Shown: positions 26,051 through 39,639, counted from the stretch's first letter. The stretch is 64,000 nt of DNA from Octopus sinensis (GCF_006345805.1 NC_043008.1:44702001-44766000), one strand, 5' to 3'. Numbers and translations are program-made. The notes: generated by a model not told the origin, from the letters alone.

Positions 26051-26789
26051 TACATTATGAAAGAGCATTGAAATTGCTGTTGCTAGTTAATGCTGTGTAC
26101 CATTACGTATGGAATATACTGTTTTTAGCCCCAACCATAAAAGCGTCGTGGAGGATTGTTGAAAGAACGTAGCTTTAACTAAATTCTGAGTAAATCTATG
26201 CGAGTTTTGTATCTATAAATACAATGAATTCTCTGGAATGGTAACGATTTATTGTTATAGATAAAGAATGCAGCTTGAATAAAGTGAATGCCGTCCATGA
26301 AAAGCGTGCATTTCAATGGAATGGGAAATGGTTAGGTCAAAACATAGTTTTAACAATATGGAAGCAATTACCAGTAAGTAACATTTAAAATATGAGATAT
26401 TAATAGAAAAAAATGTCCTAAAAGTATCATGAAGGTAAAAAAAAAAAAAATCATTTGGTGTGTGGTTCGGATGTTTGATTCCCGATGAATGTGTTCCGAT
26501 GTCAAAGCAAACTTACGAATAGTGGGACAAATCTTTTTCCACCACTGCTAAGAAGTGGGCAGTAATATGTAACTAAAGGCTGCCCGTATTTTATGTACGT
26601 AAATATATAGCCGCCTATTTGTTTCCGCCTGTAACTGCCCCAGAGAACTCATCTCATATCATTCAAATTTAATATACTCTACGAAACCACATTATATAAT
26701 TTCATTCAAAATAGATTTGCTTTCTATGCTACTGTTGTTGTTGTCGGCTGTTTTGGTGTTGATGATGCAAAAGTCCATATAAACATTCT

Positions 26790-27366
26790 TTTCTATTCTA
26801 GGAACAAGGCCCAAAATTATGGGGGAGGAGAACAGTCGATTAGATCGACTCCAGTACGCAAATGGCACTTAATCTATCGATCCCGAAAGAATGAAAGGCA
26901 AAGTCGACCGCAGGTGAATTTGAACTCAGAACGTAAAGACAGACGAAATACCTATTTCTTTATTACCCACAAGGCGCTAAACACAGACAGGATAAACAAG
27001 GACAAACAAGCGGATTAAGTCGATTACATCGACCCCAGTGCGTAACTGGTACTTATATAATCAGCTCCGAAAAGATGAAAGGCAAAGTCGACATCGGCGG
27101 AATTTGAACTCAGAACGTAGCGGCAGGCGAAATACCTATTTCTTTACTACCCACAAGGGGCTAAACACAGAGGGGACAAACAAGGACATGCATATGTATT
27201 AAGTCGATTACATCGACCCCTGTGCGTAACTGGTACTTAATTTATCGACCCCGAAAGGATGAAAATCAAAGTCGACCTCGGGGGAATTTTAATTCAGAAC
27301 ATAGCGGCAGAGAAATAGTACCGCTAAGCATTTCGCCCGGCGTGCTAACGTTTTTGCCTAATCGCC
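26790..27366 (-). mobile_element. SINE family A tandem trimer (headed unit plus two headless units, the last with an alternative tail)
   Basis: Junctions GAAATACCTATTTCTTT at about 26951 and 27135 (184-bp spacing); the leftmost unit carries the GGGGGAGG/AGGCCC tail type also seen at 36610 and 49780. Confidence 0.9.
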
Positions 27367-27879
27367 ATGTTACATCCCTATATATGTTACTCACACCATG
27401 TACATGGTGTGTGTGTCTGTGTGTTATTTTTCAAATCGTTGATAATATATATAAATACATGAGCTTAAATGAAATGCAATTAGTCATCAAGATAAGAAGA
27501 AAATGCAGTTTTTAATCGTTAACAATTCAAAACTATGCAATACGTGTTTTCCTCAGAACGAATTTACTGACCGTAATCCGAAATTAATTGGCATCGTTAA
27601 CAACACAACATCCTATAAACTGTAGCCGTAACGCGGTATCTACATACATTCATGTATGTCTGTTTGCATACATTTACATATACATATATATATGGGGGGG
27701 GGGAGCGTGTGTGTGTATGCATATATATATATATATATATATACGTGTGTATGTGTGTGTGTATGAGTAAGTATGTATGTATGTATATATACAATTAATT
27801 TATATATAATTTATATAATTTATAAATAATAAATATACATATTAATTTATGTATGTATGTATTCATGTATGTATGTCAG

Positions 27880-28650
27880 GTCACTTTCGAGTGCTACTGG
27901 TAACATGTAACCCAGTACAACCTGTTGCATGGTCGGGTCGTCGGCGACTAAACCGGCAACCCCACCAAGCTTGCTTGGTGAGGAGGGTGTTTTTTGGATA
28001 CCCTGCGGGATGAAAAACAAAACCCGTCAAAGGGCGGAGGAACTCTTGAGAGTCAACGGCCATCCAATAAATGTCTTAGGGCTGTATCACGCGCGGGGAC
28101 ATAGAAATAACCGGACTGAATACCCGATCGCGCAGTTAAACCATTCGAAATGAAGGACTCCTAGCCTTTGTTAGGGCATCGTTCTAGGTAAAGGTAACTC
28201 AGGTAACTGGGATAACTCCGACATAAAACCTGCGGCTCAGTGGTTACCGATGATGTTGACTTCTTCTTTTAGGATTATGGCTGATGTTGCTTATTGAGTG
28301 AGATTGACTCAGTGCACAGCGTTTCCTCACTTTATAAAAATCTTCTTGCACAGGCATTGCATGATAACAACATTGATTAAGCTTCGTGTAATGGCCATAC
28401 TCGATAACGAGGGGGCAACCACCGTGTATTTGATTAACGGTCTTGTGATAACTCATGACATCAAAATGTCCACAGATTTTTGTTTGTTTCTTCATTTTTT
28501 TCTTTTCCTTAGCATTTCTAGTTTCAATGTCTAGAGAAAAAAACCAGTCTCCAAGTATTGGCAACATAATTAACATCAAAGGGCTTTCAAGCAAATATGA
28601 AACGGCGCAGGAATAGTTCGCCCTCCAGCCACTCCGTCGCCTGTTAATCA
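27880..28650 (+). mobile_element. Probable 5' end (UTR and start of APE endonuclease ORF) of an RTE-like LINE
   Basis: GC-rich leader with AAAGGGCGGAGGAA and TAAAACCTG-type motifs recalled from RTE 5' UTRs, then MSREKNQSPSIGNIINIKGLSSKYETAQE* resembling the APE N-terminus; the similarity is weak. Confidence 0.4.
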
Positions 28651-28974
28651 CTGACAACTGTATTGCTGTTGTTGTTGTTGTTGTTGTTATTGTTATTTAG
28701 TACCAGGTGCAACTTGGTACCTTTACTAATGCCATTGTTTTTCTAGTACCTGTCTCCAGGCAGTGTGAAGGAATTAAAATTACCTGAAATTTCGTTGTTT
28801 TATTTTAGATAATTTTCAGGATTTAGTTCCGTCTCTACTCTCTGTCTCTGGCTTCTGCCGATACCATTTCTAACAGAATCAGTAAAATAATTAGCAGCGA
28901 TGTTGATGTTCTTCGTGTTGTTGTTTCTTCTTTTTATTTCGTCTCCTACTCCATCTTCTTTTCTCGTTTTCTTC

Positions 28975-28984
28975 CTTTCTTCTT

Positions 28985-29071
<87 letters not shown>

Positions 29072-29120
29072 GTTGTTTATTATTATTATTATTATTATTA
29101 TTATATTATTATTATTACTA
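28975..29120. repeat. (TCT)n(TAT)n microsatellite; AAT tail of the adjacent LINE on the minus strand
   Basis: Direct inspection. Confidence 0.9.
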
Positions 29121-29124
29121 CTTT

Positions 29125-29488
29125 TTTTCTTCTTTCAAATTTGCTTCCATTTCTTGCGAGTGTCTTCCCGACTCCTAGGGCAAAGAAACTCATAGTATAC
29201 AGTGGTAGGCCATTAAACCAAACTCAATAGTTCGTTAATTTTTTTTTTTTTAAGTTAAATTAAAATACATGAGCAGCAACAGTTCTCACATCGACAATGC
29301 TCTCTCAATACGTGTGATGTACCAGTTAAGACAATCTTTGGCACTTCTTGCAGGGATGGTAAGCCAGGGATCATTCTCATATAATTTTCGGTTCCCTTCT
29401 TGATCATTCCTAGTGCTCCTACGATCACTGGTATTGTAACCGCCTTGAGATGCCACATTTTCTCAATTTCAATCAGCAGGTCTTTATA

Positions 29489-29490
<2 letters not shown>
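29125..29490 (-). mobile_element. R4/Dong-like LINE, 5'-truncated 3' end flanked by (AAT)n on both sides
   Basis: KYKDLLIEIEKMWHLKAVTIPVIVGALGMIKKGTENYMRMIPGLPSLQEVPKIVLTGTSHVLR, then a 3' UTR and AAT tail. Confidence 0.85.
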
Positions 29491-29519
<29 letters not shown>

Positions 29520-29520
29520 G

Positions 29521-29572
<52 letters not shown>

Positions 29573-29632
29573 TACTACTATTATTATTATTATTATTATT
29601 ATTGTTGTTGTTGTTGTTGTTGTTGTTATTAT

Positions 29633-29812
29633 TTTTATTGCCTTTGCACAACTTCCAACGCTGGAGATGTACTACGGTGTCAGCTGTTCATTACTAGTGA
29701 ACTAAGGTAACGCCCTTTTTTTTTCGAGCACCATCTGGAGTATTCCAGCGGTTCCAAGCAATGCTGTTTTCTGCAAGTGTTCCACCCTTATTGCAGTCCC
29801 CATTTGGTCCGT
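29633..29812 (-). mobile_element. Second R4/Dong-like LINE 3' terminus (different subfamily)
   Basis: DQMGTAIRVEHLQKTALLGTAGILQMVLE, followed by a short UTR and an (AAC/AAT)n tail at 29492-29632. Confidence 0.75.
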
Positions 29813-30479
29813 GAATTCTGCCTGAATTAATGCATGACAGTACATAACGGCACTTCACTTCACTTATATATATATTAAACACACACACATATTTATATAT
29901 GTATGTGTGTTTACATATATGCGTGTGTGTCTGTGTGAGTGTATGTATGTATATAATATATATATATATATAATATAATATATATCTCATAATATATTTA
30001 GGATTTCTCGGTTTTCTGTGAATTGATATTGATAAAAAAACATTTTCCCAGCTGATTTGCACACTATGGCAACACCATTGTTAGGTTATATATATATATA
30101 TACATATATACATAACTGCAAAATACTAGGACACCCATTGATTCGAACCTGTATCCTACGGCAATGTCCTATGATATAACTGTCACTTTATCCTACATCG
30201 AAATCTGTTATCTATTAATTATACTAATGACCTGGCAGCGTAATTTAATAATAAGTGTTAGATTCACAACTCCATATTATGGTGTGTTTGTTGGTTCATT
30301 ATTTAATCATTGTAACAGATGCTGTTATTGATTACAGAAAGGAAAATCCTTTTGTTCTCAAGCCACATTGATACGGAGGTGAGATTGCCTCAGGTTTCAA
30401 AACGTTAATTATTCTATACATATAATATAGCTCAACAAGACGCCTTACCAGCGTTGCAGTGTGTGGATAATGGCTAGTG

Positions 30480-30831
30480 TATGTATAGGTTTGTATGTAC
30501 AAGCAGGTGTGTGTGTGTGAGTGTGTGCGTGCCGCGTGTGTTTATATAATATATATATAATATATATATATAATATATATATATATAATATATACATAAT
30601 GTATAAACTATAAGTATAGTACATATATAAATATACATCATACATTTACATATAAGCACACACACACATATATAAATATATATAATATATATACATACAT
30701 ACATACATACACGCACACACATTCGTACACGCTCACATTCTCAGGTCTAGGTATATATATATAGATGTATACGTATATATAGATATATACGTATATGTAT
30801 ATATACTATATATATATATATATATATATAG

Positions 30832-30869
<38 letters not shown>

Positions 30870-31460
30870 TACATAGATACATTAATACAAAAACGTTTTC
30901 AAATCTGAATGATATATATATATATATATATATACACGTATGTATTATGTATATATACGTATACATAGTATATATATACACATATATACCCATATATATA
31001 TTATATAGTATATATTATATATTGTATGTATATATATATATTATATATATATATATATGCGTCTATAGGTATGTTTGCATGTATCCATACATGTATATGC
31101 TTTAATATAAATATATATATGCATATACTTGTGTTTAATTAAATAAGTAAATACATATATATATACATATATGTATATATTTATATATTTATATATACAT
31201 ATATACTATATGTACATAAATATATATTTACACAAACACACATATTTATATACAGATGTACAGCTATATATGTATGTATGTATGTATGTACGTACGTATG
31301 TATGTATGTATGTATGTATGTATGTATGTATGTATGTATGTATGTATGTATGTATGTATGTATGTATGTATGCACGCCTCTGTGTATGAGTCTGTGTGTG
31401 CGTAAGTGTGTACTAGTTATGCGTGTATGTATTTAGATGTGCACATATATACATATACAT
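30480..31460. repeat. (TA)n/(TATG)n compound microsatellite
   Basis: Direct inspection. Confidence 0.9.
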
Positions 31461-31669
31461 ACCTGTTGTATGTCAATTCTTCGGCAATATACATGCAAGC
31501 ACTTATCTATGTGGCTTATGAATGACAATAATTATTTTGTTTTTCGGCCTAATCATAGAGTGTCACCCGTCTTGCGTTGATCTCATTCATAATTCAAATA
31601 ATTGTAGAAAAATCTGACGTTTAATTAATTTTCATTAAATTATTATTACAAGCTACCATTGACATCTCT

Positions 31670-32530
31670 GTGGAACATTGAAACAAATATAAATGTAGAA
31701 AGGAGATGGCTTTGTATGTCATCTTCTTGAATATCGCTAAGAATGTTGATAATAGTTTTCTTTTCAATGTCTATTGGCCGTGTGCTTGCATGTGTTGAAT
31801 TCAAATAGAAGGAAAGCAGCGTATATCCCATGGAAATTGTTTAATATTTATGAGAAGTGTGTTCTGGATAATGGAACAAATTTGATATCCATTGATAGCG
31901 GTTTAAATAGGTAATATACGTTCATGCCACAACGACTGCATTATATGTGTGTACGTGTGTGTGTGTATGTGTGTGTGTGTGTGCTTACAAGTGTGTATAG
32001 AGAGACAGAGGGGGAGAAAGCGAAACACTAAAAACATTCACACACTCTCTCTCTCTATCTCTCTCTTTCTCTCTCTCTCTCTCTCACACACACATATACA
32101 CATCTAATTTATCTCGACATGTTTCTATGCATAAATATCCACACGTATTGACACGGAGACAAACACATATGTATGTACTTATGTATTTATTTATCTATGT
32201 ATGCAAAAAGCCATAGAAACTCTTGCTTCGGATTGAGCTGGAGTGGAGTGAAAGCTTTTGAGGAGGCCAGGATAACATATGGAAGACTCAAGAGATATTT
32301 AAAGAAGAATGTTGCCATCGAGAAGGTGAATCTCCATTTATGTACACAGTTCGTGACAGAACATACATGTCTCTTGCTGGGCCCAAATCTCATTTGGAGA
32401 CCCACTATTCTGCCGCTATATATGTGCACACCTTTCAACGCTGTGTATGCCATAATGTCTGCAAATCTAATGGAGGCCTCAAAAGACAGTTTATGTTACA
32501 CAAAGATCAGAACTTAACTGCAGCTTTTGG
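31670..32530 (+). mobile_element. Degraded RTE-like LINE pieces interrupted by microsatellite
   Basis: KCRKEMALYVIFLNIAKNVD (RT-like), ITYGRLKRYL, and C-terminal zinc-finger-like TYMSLAGPKSHLETH and CHNVCKSNGGLKR. Confidence 0.45.
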
Positions 32531-32749
32531 TGGTCCAAATCAGATATGCAAAATTCTCTTAAATGTGATTTTCGAGGGATGTTTAGAACAATCTCTTTAG
32601 AATTAAAATTGACGCTGGGAAGTTTTAAATATTTAAACCCCCCCCTCTCTTCTCTCTCTCTCTCTCTCTCTTAAGTATCTGCACTGAACAGTTTATGAAC
32701 TAAGGTTTTCAAACAAATCGAATTAAATTCATTCAAGATGACTACCTGC

Positions 32750-34440
32750 AAAATCATAGCTTCAGAAAAGGAAAAATCAAAATGGTCGATCAAGAAATTT
32801 ATAGAAACGCAAGAAATAAGCAGAATGCAGATGGATTGAAGATATACTGGAGGTGCGAAAATCGTGTGTGCAAGGCGAGACTTCATACAAATGAAAATTA
32901 TAAAGAACTTAATAAGATTGGGATCCATTATTACGCCTCAAATGCTGCAGAGGTAAATGCATGGATAATAGTTTCAAATATTAAGGTAAAGTCTATTTCA
33001 TTTCATGATGCCCATCGCTCAATTTATCGCTAGTGAAGTTCAGAAATTTAAACGACTGTACATTGTCGCAAATACCTTCGGTTGCACAGCTTAATAGGAA
33101 TATCAGACGGTGGACGCAAGATGGTTCCAACTATCCTGCCGCCCTACTTAGAAATGTTGGGGTTTCCATTCCAAGTGAATACCCCTACCTTGACAATGAT
33201 GAAACATTTTTTGCAGTATGACAGCGGGACGGATGATTCAAAACGAATACAAATATTTGCAAGTGACGAAGCACTTTCGCAGTTAAAACAGCACAAAAAC
33301 TGGGCGGCAGATGGAACATTTAAGTGCTGCTCTAGTGCATTTTCAGTTATACTCTTTTACTCTTTACTCTTTTACTTTTTTCAGTCATTTGACTGCGGCC
33401 ATGCTGGAGCACCGCCTTTTAGTCGAGCAACTCAACCCCGGGACCTATTCTTTTTGTAAGCCCAGCACTTATTCTATCAGTCTCTTTTGCCGAACCGTTA
33501 AGTGACGGGGACGTAAACACACACTACCATCGGTTGTCAAGCAATGCTAGAGGGACAAACACAGACACACAAACACATACACACATATACATATATACGA
33601 CAGGCTTCTTTCAGTTTCCGTCTACCAAATCCACTCACAAGGCACTGGTCGGCCCGGGTGCCACGCAGTGGGACTGAACCCGGAACCATGTGGTTGGCTA
33701 GCAAGCTACTTACCACACAGCCACTCCTGCGCCACTTCCCATATATACTTATATATACTTCTCATTCATATTGATAAGTTTTAATGCTCCACGATTCTTC
33801 TGTCCTATGATATATATGTGTGTGTGTGCTTATATGTAAATGTATCTGACAAAAGCCAAGACACACATAGTAGACTTTTTGCCAAAATAAATTAATTACT
33901 TTAGAATGAGAGACATGATAATATAATTATAGATTTTGAAAAAGCAGCCCATAATAGATTTCTGGAATTGGTTCCTGGATTGAACTTGGCATGCTGCTTC
34001 TTTCACTTAGGACAAAATATGTACAGAAATGTTGTGCAAGAAGGACTAAAACGCAGATATCATCAAGATGACACCTTTAGTCTAAACATTCGGTGTTTTG
34101 TTGCGCTTGCCTTCCTGCCGGTTGATGTTGTTGTAGATGGATATGAACAACTTGTAGATGATGATGATGTTCCACAGTCTGTTGTATCCTATTTTGAAAA
34201 TAATTATATAAGACCACCTAGAGGAAGAGGACAGAGGAGACGATGCCTTGAACCTCCATTTCCATTACCTATAAGAAATGTTTGGGATCGATGTATGACG
34301 GGGATTGCTCGTACTACAAATTGCTTAGAAGCCTACCACAGCACGCTGAGAAACACCGTGAATATTAGTTATCCAAATATTTGGAAACTTGTTGATGTGA
34401 TTAAACGTGAGGAAAGGTTTGCTGAAGCTTATGCATAGAG
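32750..34440 (+). pseudogene. Mutator-like (MULE) transposase pseudogene with N-terminal FLYWCH zinc finger
   Basis: YWRCENRVCKARLHT (FLYWCH), FLQYDSG...IQIFAS...WAADGTFKC (first catalytic D), DKSQDTHSRLF, IIIDFEKAA (second D), CCFFHLGQNMYR (CxxH), RTTNCLEAYH (catalytic E); stops plus a SINE insertion. Confidence 0.85.
33352..33733 (-). mobile_element. tRNA-derived SINE family B inserted in the MULE gene
   Basis: Minus strand GGCGCAGGAGTGGCTGTGTGGTAAG (A-box), GGTTCAGTCCC (B-box), internal (TG)n and (AAAGAGTA)n-like tail; possible TATACT target duplication. Confidence 0.9.
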
Positions 34441-34741
34441 AAGAACCGATCCAAAAGTAAAGATACAGAGATATCAGCCTGTGTATAAAAAATGTCATGG
34501 AAAAATATGATTCAAACTCCAAAATTATTTTTCTAAAAGCTATTGCACACAATCTTAAATTCTAAGAGAAAATAAGTATGTAATACAGCAAACCTGAAAA
34601 TATACGTTTTTTCATTCAGATATTTGTTCTTCCATTTTTCCTATGATCTCGACGAATTGAATGGGACAAACTAAATGACGACAAATTACCGTTGACGAAT
34701 TGTGTTGCGCAATCTCTACATAAGGAGCAGACAAACCTCCA

Positions 34742-34925
34742 CGTATGTATGTATGTGGATAGGTATGTAGGTAGGTTGGTGGATAGGTATGTATGTATGT
34801 ATGTATGTAGGTAGGTAGGTAGGTAGGTAGGTTGGTAGATAGGTTGATAGATAGGTATGTATGTATGTATGTAGGTAGGTAGGTAGGTAGGTAGGTAGGT
34901 AGGTAGGTAGGTAGGTAGGTAGGTA
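34742..34925. repeat. (GTAT/GTAG)n microsatellite
   Basis: Direct inspection. Confidence 0.95.
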
Positions 34926-35679
34926 GGGTGAGGGTCGTATAGTTATCGAAACGAAAACTTATTTTGATACTAGTGGATTCATGGCTATGGATAGAATCCC
35001 TATGCATATCGGAACACCTAGCGTTTGTATTCCATCTTTCGCCAGAATCTATAAAAGCATATTTTAGTCCGACGGTACTTGAAGAACGTGTTACACGCTA
35101 TATTTTTCATCGATGATTCCTAAGGTCTCTATATTTGGTTAATGTGTTTTCCGTGGCTTAAGCTCGGCATGATAAGTAATGAATATTTCCAAATGTCTTC
35201 CATTATTCGGATAAAATTCCCGAGTTCCTTATTTGCATGTCGGGTTTCTTAACGCTCGCCTACCTTTTAAAACGTTTTCATTTAAAACATTACAATCCGA
35301 AGCTGCACGCCATGCAATTAATGCGCACATTCATATACGTTTCATACAAAGAAATATGGCAGAATTATTAGCGTTTTAAAAAGTATTACATGACAAGAAA
35401 AAGAACACTTGTAGCCAGGCAGAATTTTGCTATATCCAATATCTCTGCTTCACATTTTATGGCATTTCTTTACGTTATATTGAGTAACAGTTCGTTTAAT
35501 ATAATGGATGTTTACTTATTCACTGCAGTACATATATATATAGAAGATTATTCAAAGCTATCCTGTCCGTCGTATTAAATCTATTGACGGTTGATTTGTT
35601 ATATAAAAAAGACAATTTTGTTTGAGAATAAAATATTTATTATCTGTATATATTTAAAATGAATGAATGACTGCTAGTT

Positions 35680-36330
35680 CTTTAGTGGAAAGCGTATCTC
35701 TGGTTTATCAATACCAGCTACTGTTTTCTGCCATGGCTTTATAGATCTTGTATGAAGAATGTAGCTCCAATAATCGGTTGAATTTTTAATCCACATGATA
35801 AATTACACATCGTATGCTAATAAGGAAGGTTCTTCATGTTTATAACCTCTGATGAAGACAGGAACTATTTATCCCTCAATCCACACTAATATGTTATCAA
35901 AGGTTGGTGAATATTGTGGTACAGGATTTCACAAACAGGACTCAAAAATCACGGTTGAATTCATTTAATTGTGAATCTCTTTTATGCGTGTATATCTTAA
36001 ATGGTTATCTTTACAATTCCACTCGACAGATTGTTTCAGACTTATCACACGATCACAGACCAAATTCCTTGTTCAATCTAATGCAACTTAGAAACAATGA
36101 TATATTTGTTTCATCTGGAAATTTTCTACAATAAACTGTAGTATCAGCCGCTCTACAAATGAATAGACACCACGTCCATAGATTATTTAAATTTCAAATA
36201 TCTTTTAAGCACTCTATACCAAAATAGGGATAACGGTGGCCCCTCTGAGAAATGTGCAACACAAGGTTGGGTAGCTGCTGAAGCGATCATTGCTGACCAT
36301 TCTCTTTACGACAGGTTGCGGTTGAGTACA
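35680..36330 (-). mobile_element. Possible highly degraded L1/Tx1-like RT relic
   Basis: LRGPPLSLFWYRVL (compare QGDPLSP.LF..V.EVL), AADTTVY (compare YADD) and EFGL..DKSE in the expected order; weak. Confidence 0.3.
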
Positions 36331-36609
36331 CTATTGTTTCAGGGGTATATGCCCCCTCACCCCCTCACCATCCATCTTCTGCCGCTTTATACCCCACCTT
36401 TTTTTTTTCTTTTCTTTGCTTATCTCTCTTTTTTCTATTTCGCTATATTTAAATGTTATAAATAAATAGCAGGTGTTCGGATAGCCCCTTTATATATCGA
36501 TCTTGCCCAATCGCTGTCTTTTTCATCATACATATTACATAAGGTGAAATTTCCTCAATCATCAGAGTGAAGTAGCCGCTTAAATTTCGCACGATCAATG
36601 TATATATAT

Positions 36610-36814
36610 CCTTTCTATTATAGGCAGAAGGCCTGAAATTTGGGGGAGGGGGATAGTCGATTAGATCGACCCCAGTGCGTAACTGGTACTTATTTAATCG
36701 ACCCCGAAAGGATGAAAGGCAAAGTCGACCTCAGCGGAATTTGAACTCAGAACGTAACGCCAGACGAAATACGGCTGCGCTTTGCGCCCGGCCTGCTAAC
36801 GACTCTGCCAGCTC
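36610..36814 (-). mobile_element. SINE family A, alternative-tail subfamily
   Basis: Full head and body on the minus strand; tail CCCCCTCCCCCAAATTTCAGGCCTTC. Confidence 0.9.
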
Positions 36815-36900
36815 AACCATACATACATACATAAATACGTAAATACATGCATAAACACATACATACATATATATACACACACATACACATATATATATGC

Positions 36901-36948
<48 letters not shown>

Positions 36949-38337
36949 TATATGTAGTATGTGTGTGTGTGTGTGTGTGTGTGTTTATGCATGTATGTAC
37001 GTATTTTCACACGAAATAATGATTCATTGAGAATGTGGTTTCATTGATTACTACCGGTAATCAAGAAATTTCGTGACAATAATGTCACGGGTTCAATTCT
37101 AGGAAGACCACTTCACTGCCTTTTAGCAAGCCAATTATTTATATGTGGGTGTAGTTTTCTCGTTTGCAATGCGTTGAAGCCCTGTTGTGTGACCACTCGT
37201 CCTCCGGCTGTATGACACTGTGCAGCTATTTAAATATAATACTCGAGAACAATTAGTACCAGCGTGGTAGATACAACCATCTCATACTTACTTGTCAAGG
37301 AGGACTCGCTGTACTTTTATTTACAACCAAATGCCTAATTGGACTTCTCAAAGTTTTTGTTGCGGAGCACCTGAGCACTCTATACAATTTCCTTCGTTAT
37401 ATCAAAACATAATTTGCATTTACTGTATCTCAGACGTTTTTTAATAAATTAGAAACATCTTCCTACACTAACTAAATGCATCAATATGATATTTTTATAT
37501 ATGTGTGTGTGTGTGTGTGTTTGTGTCTAGATGTGTGTGCGTGTATGTATATCTTTGTATATTTACGTATGTGTATTCATATATGTGTACAGTATATATA
37601 TATATATATATATATGTGTTTGTGTGTGTGCGCATGTGTGTGTGTGCGTCTGTGCCTGTGGGTATGTGTGTATATTTGTGTATTTATATGTGTGTACGTT
37701 TTATGTATGTGTATACGTGCACAGATATATATATATATGTGTGTGTGTGTGTGTACGTGTATATGTGTGTGTACGTTTTTATGTATGTGTATACCCATAC
37801 AGATATATATATATATATATATATATATGGGGGGAGGGGTGTGCGTGTATGTGTGTGTATGTGTTTATGTATATCTATATGCTTGTACGTATTTAGGTAT
37901 GTTTATGTATGTGTATGTCTATACGTGTACAGATATATACATATGTGTGTGTGTATGTGTGTGTATAACTATGCACATCTCCAATGGCATATGTCTGCGT
38001 GTGTATTTGCAGGTAGATAAGAATGCGTATGCACAGGTCTATCAATTAAAAATGTAAATATACCAGCATTATATATAGAGCATTGTTGCTTCTTTGTTCG
38101 TAATATATCATTTTCAACTCTGTCAAACGTCACTTTGCGTATATAACAAATACAGTAAAAGACCTTCTGCTATTATTTTCGTTTCCATGGAAAAAAAATA
38201 CCTGTGACAAATAGATTTATTAACGACGAAGCTCTTTTATTCTGTATTCTTATTTGCATGCAATACATTGTTTACAGACATGCATTTTTCAAAATAGAAA
38301 AGGATATAAAGGGAAAAAAATGCATATATATATATAT

Positions 38338-38387
<50 letters not shown>

Positions 38388-38409
38388 GTGTGTGTGTGTG
38401 TGTGTGTGT

Positions 38410-38600
38410 TACAGCGGGTGTATCGTTGGCGATTTTCTTCCTCCGTCTTCCCTTCCTTGGATCTTTCCTTGTTTTGACTTTCTGACGAAGAGCCCCGCTC
38501 GAAACGTTAAATCCTTCTCTTATTTCCTTCCTGAGCGTCCCAAAACACTATACTTTTCCTCGACCTCGCGTTTTGTTTTCCCTTTGTGTTTTCATGTTTG
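38410..38600 (+). mobile_element. Penelope pseudo-LTR-like repeat related to 9490-9712
   Basis: Pyrimidine-rich leader, HHR motif, then CCTGAGCG as in the 9.6-kb and 14-kb copies; flanked by (TG)n and (TA)n. Confidence 0.6.
38476..38513 (+). ncRNA. Minimal type-I hammerhead-like motif with canonical core
   Basis: GA(C)TTT-CTGACGA-A-GAGC(CCC)GCTC-GAA-ACGT-T-AAATC: canonical CUGACGA and GAAA, palindromic ACGT, GUU triplet; stem I is weak (bulged). Confidence 0.6.
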
Positions 38601-38704
38601 AATTAAATATATATATACAAACACACACACCACACACACACACACCACATCACACATATTATAATATATATATATTATATGTATATATATATATAATATA
38701 TTAC

Positions 38705-38752
<48 letters not shown>

Positions 38753-38776
38753 CTATATATATATAATATATATATA

Positions 38777-38814
<38 letters not shown>

Positions 38815-39099
38815 AAAATTCAACATAGAAAATGCTAAAATAATTTTATAAAAACCATTTCATACCGGTTTTCAGTCATTGAGACATTTTCAACTTTAAG
38901 TATGGAAAGCAATTAAATTTAGAAAAATTTTTAAAGTTTTTTTTAAAAGAATAATCAAATGGCACTTTCCTTGTTTCTGCCTGTATCTGCCTCTCTTGTA
39001 TACTCTTGTGGGTCTGAGGTCATTGTGAATTCTTGGTAGGTAAGAAGTAGAAGAAGAGGAAAAATGAGGAGGAGGAGGAGGAGAAGAAGAAGAAAAAGA

Positions 39100-39145
39100 A
39101 GAAAATATATGTATGTATATATGTAAGTATTATCATACAAGTGTG

Positions 39146-39204
<59 letters not shown>

Positions 39205-39238
39205 GAGAGAGGATAGAGAGATAGAGAGAGATAGATAG

Positions 39239-39286
<48 letters not shown>

Positions 39287-39349
39287 CAAACAGACAAACA
39301 GTCAAACAGACAGATAGATAGACAGACAGACAGACAGATAGATAGATAA

Positions 39350-39425
<76 letters not shown>

Positions 39426-39560
39426 ACGGTGTGTATGTGTGAGATTGAATGTAGGCGCGTGCGTATATATGTATCACACACACACATATTTGTGTGGGTA
39501 TGTGAGCGTATGTGTGTGTACGTATGTATGCACTATATCTCTGGATGTATATATATATAA
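39100..39560. repeat. (TA)n(GA)n(GATA/GACA)n(TG)n compound microsatellite
   Basis: Direct inspection. Confidence 0.9.
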
Positions 39561-39639
39561 GTATATGTTTGTATAAATGTATGAATTTATCAGACTTTAA
39601 GGCTATGTATGCCCTTGTGAGTGTCGGGTAGCGGAATAA

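Noticed and set aside
27900-27960. HDV-like ribozyme at the putative RTE 5' end
   Set aside because: P4 and J4/2-like parts are visible, but I could not find consistent P1/P3/L3 elements.
35849-35870. CTGATGA hammerhead core
   Set aside because: No stem II or GAAA follows.
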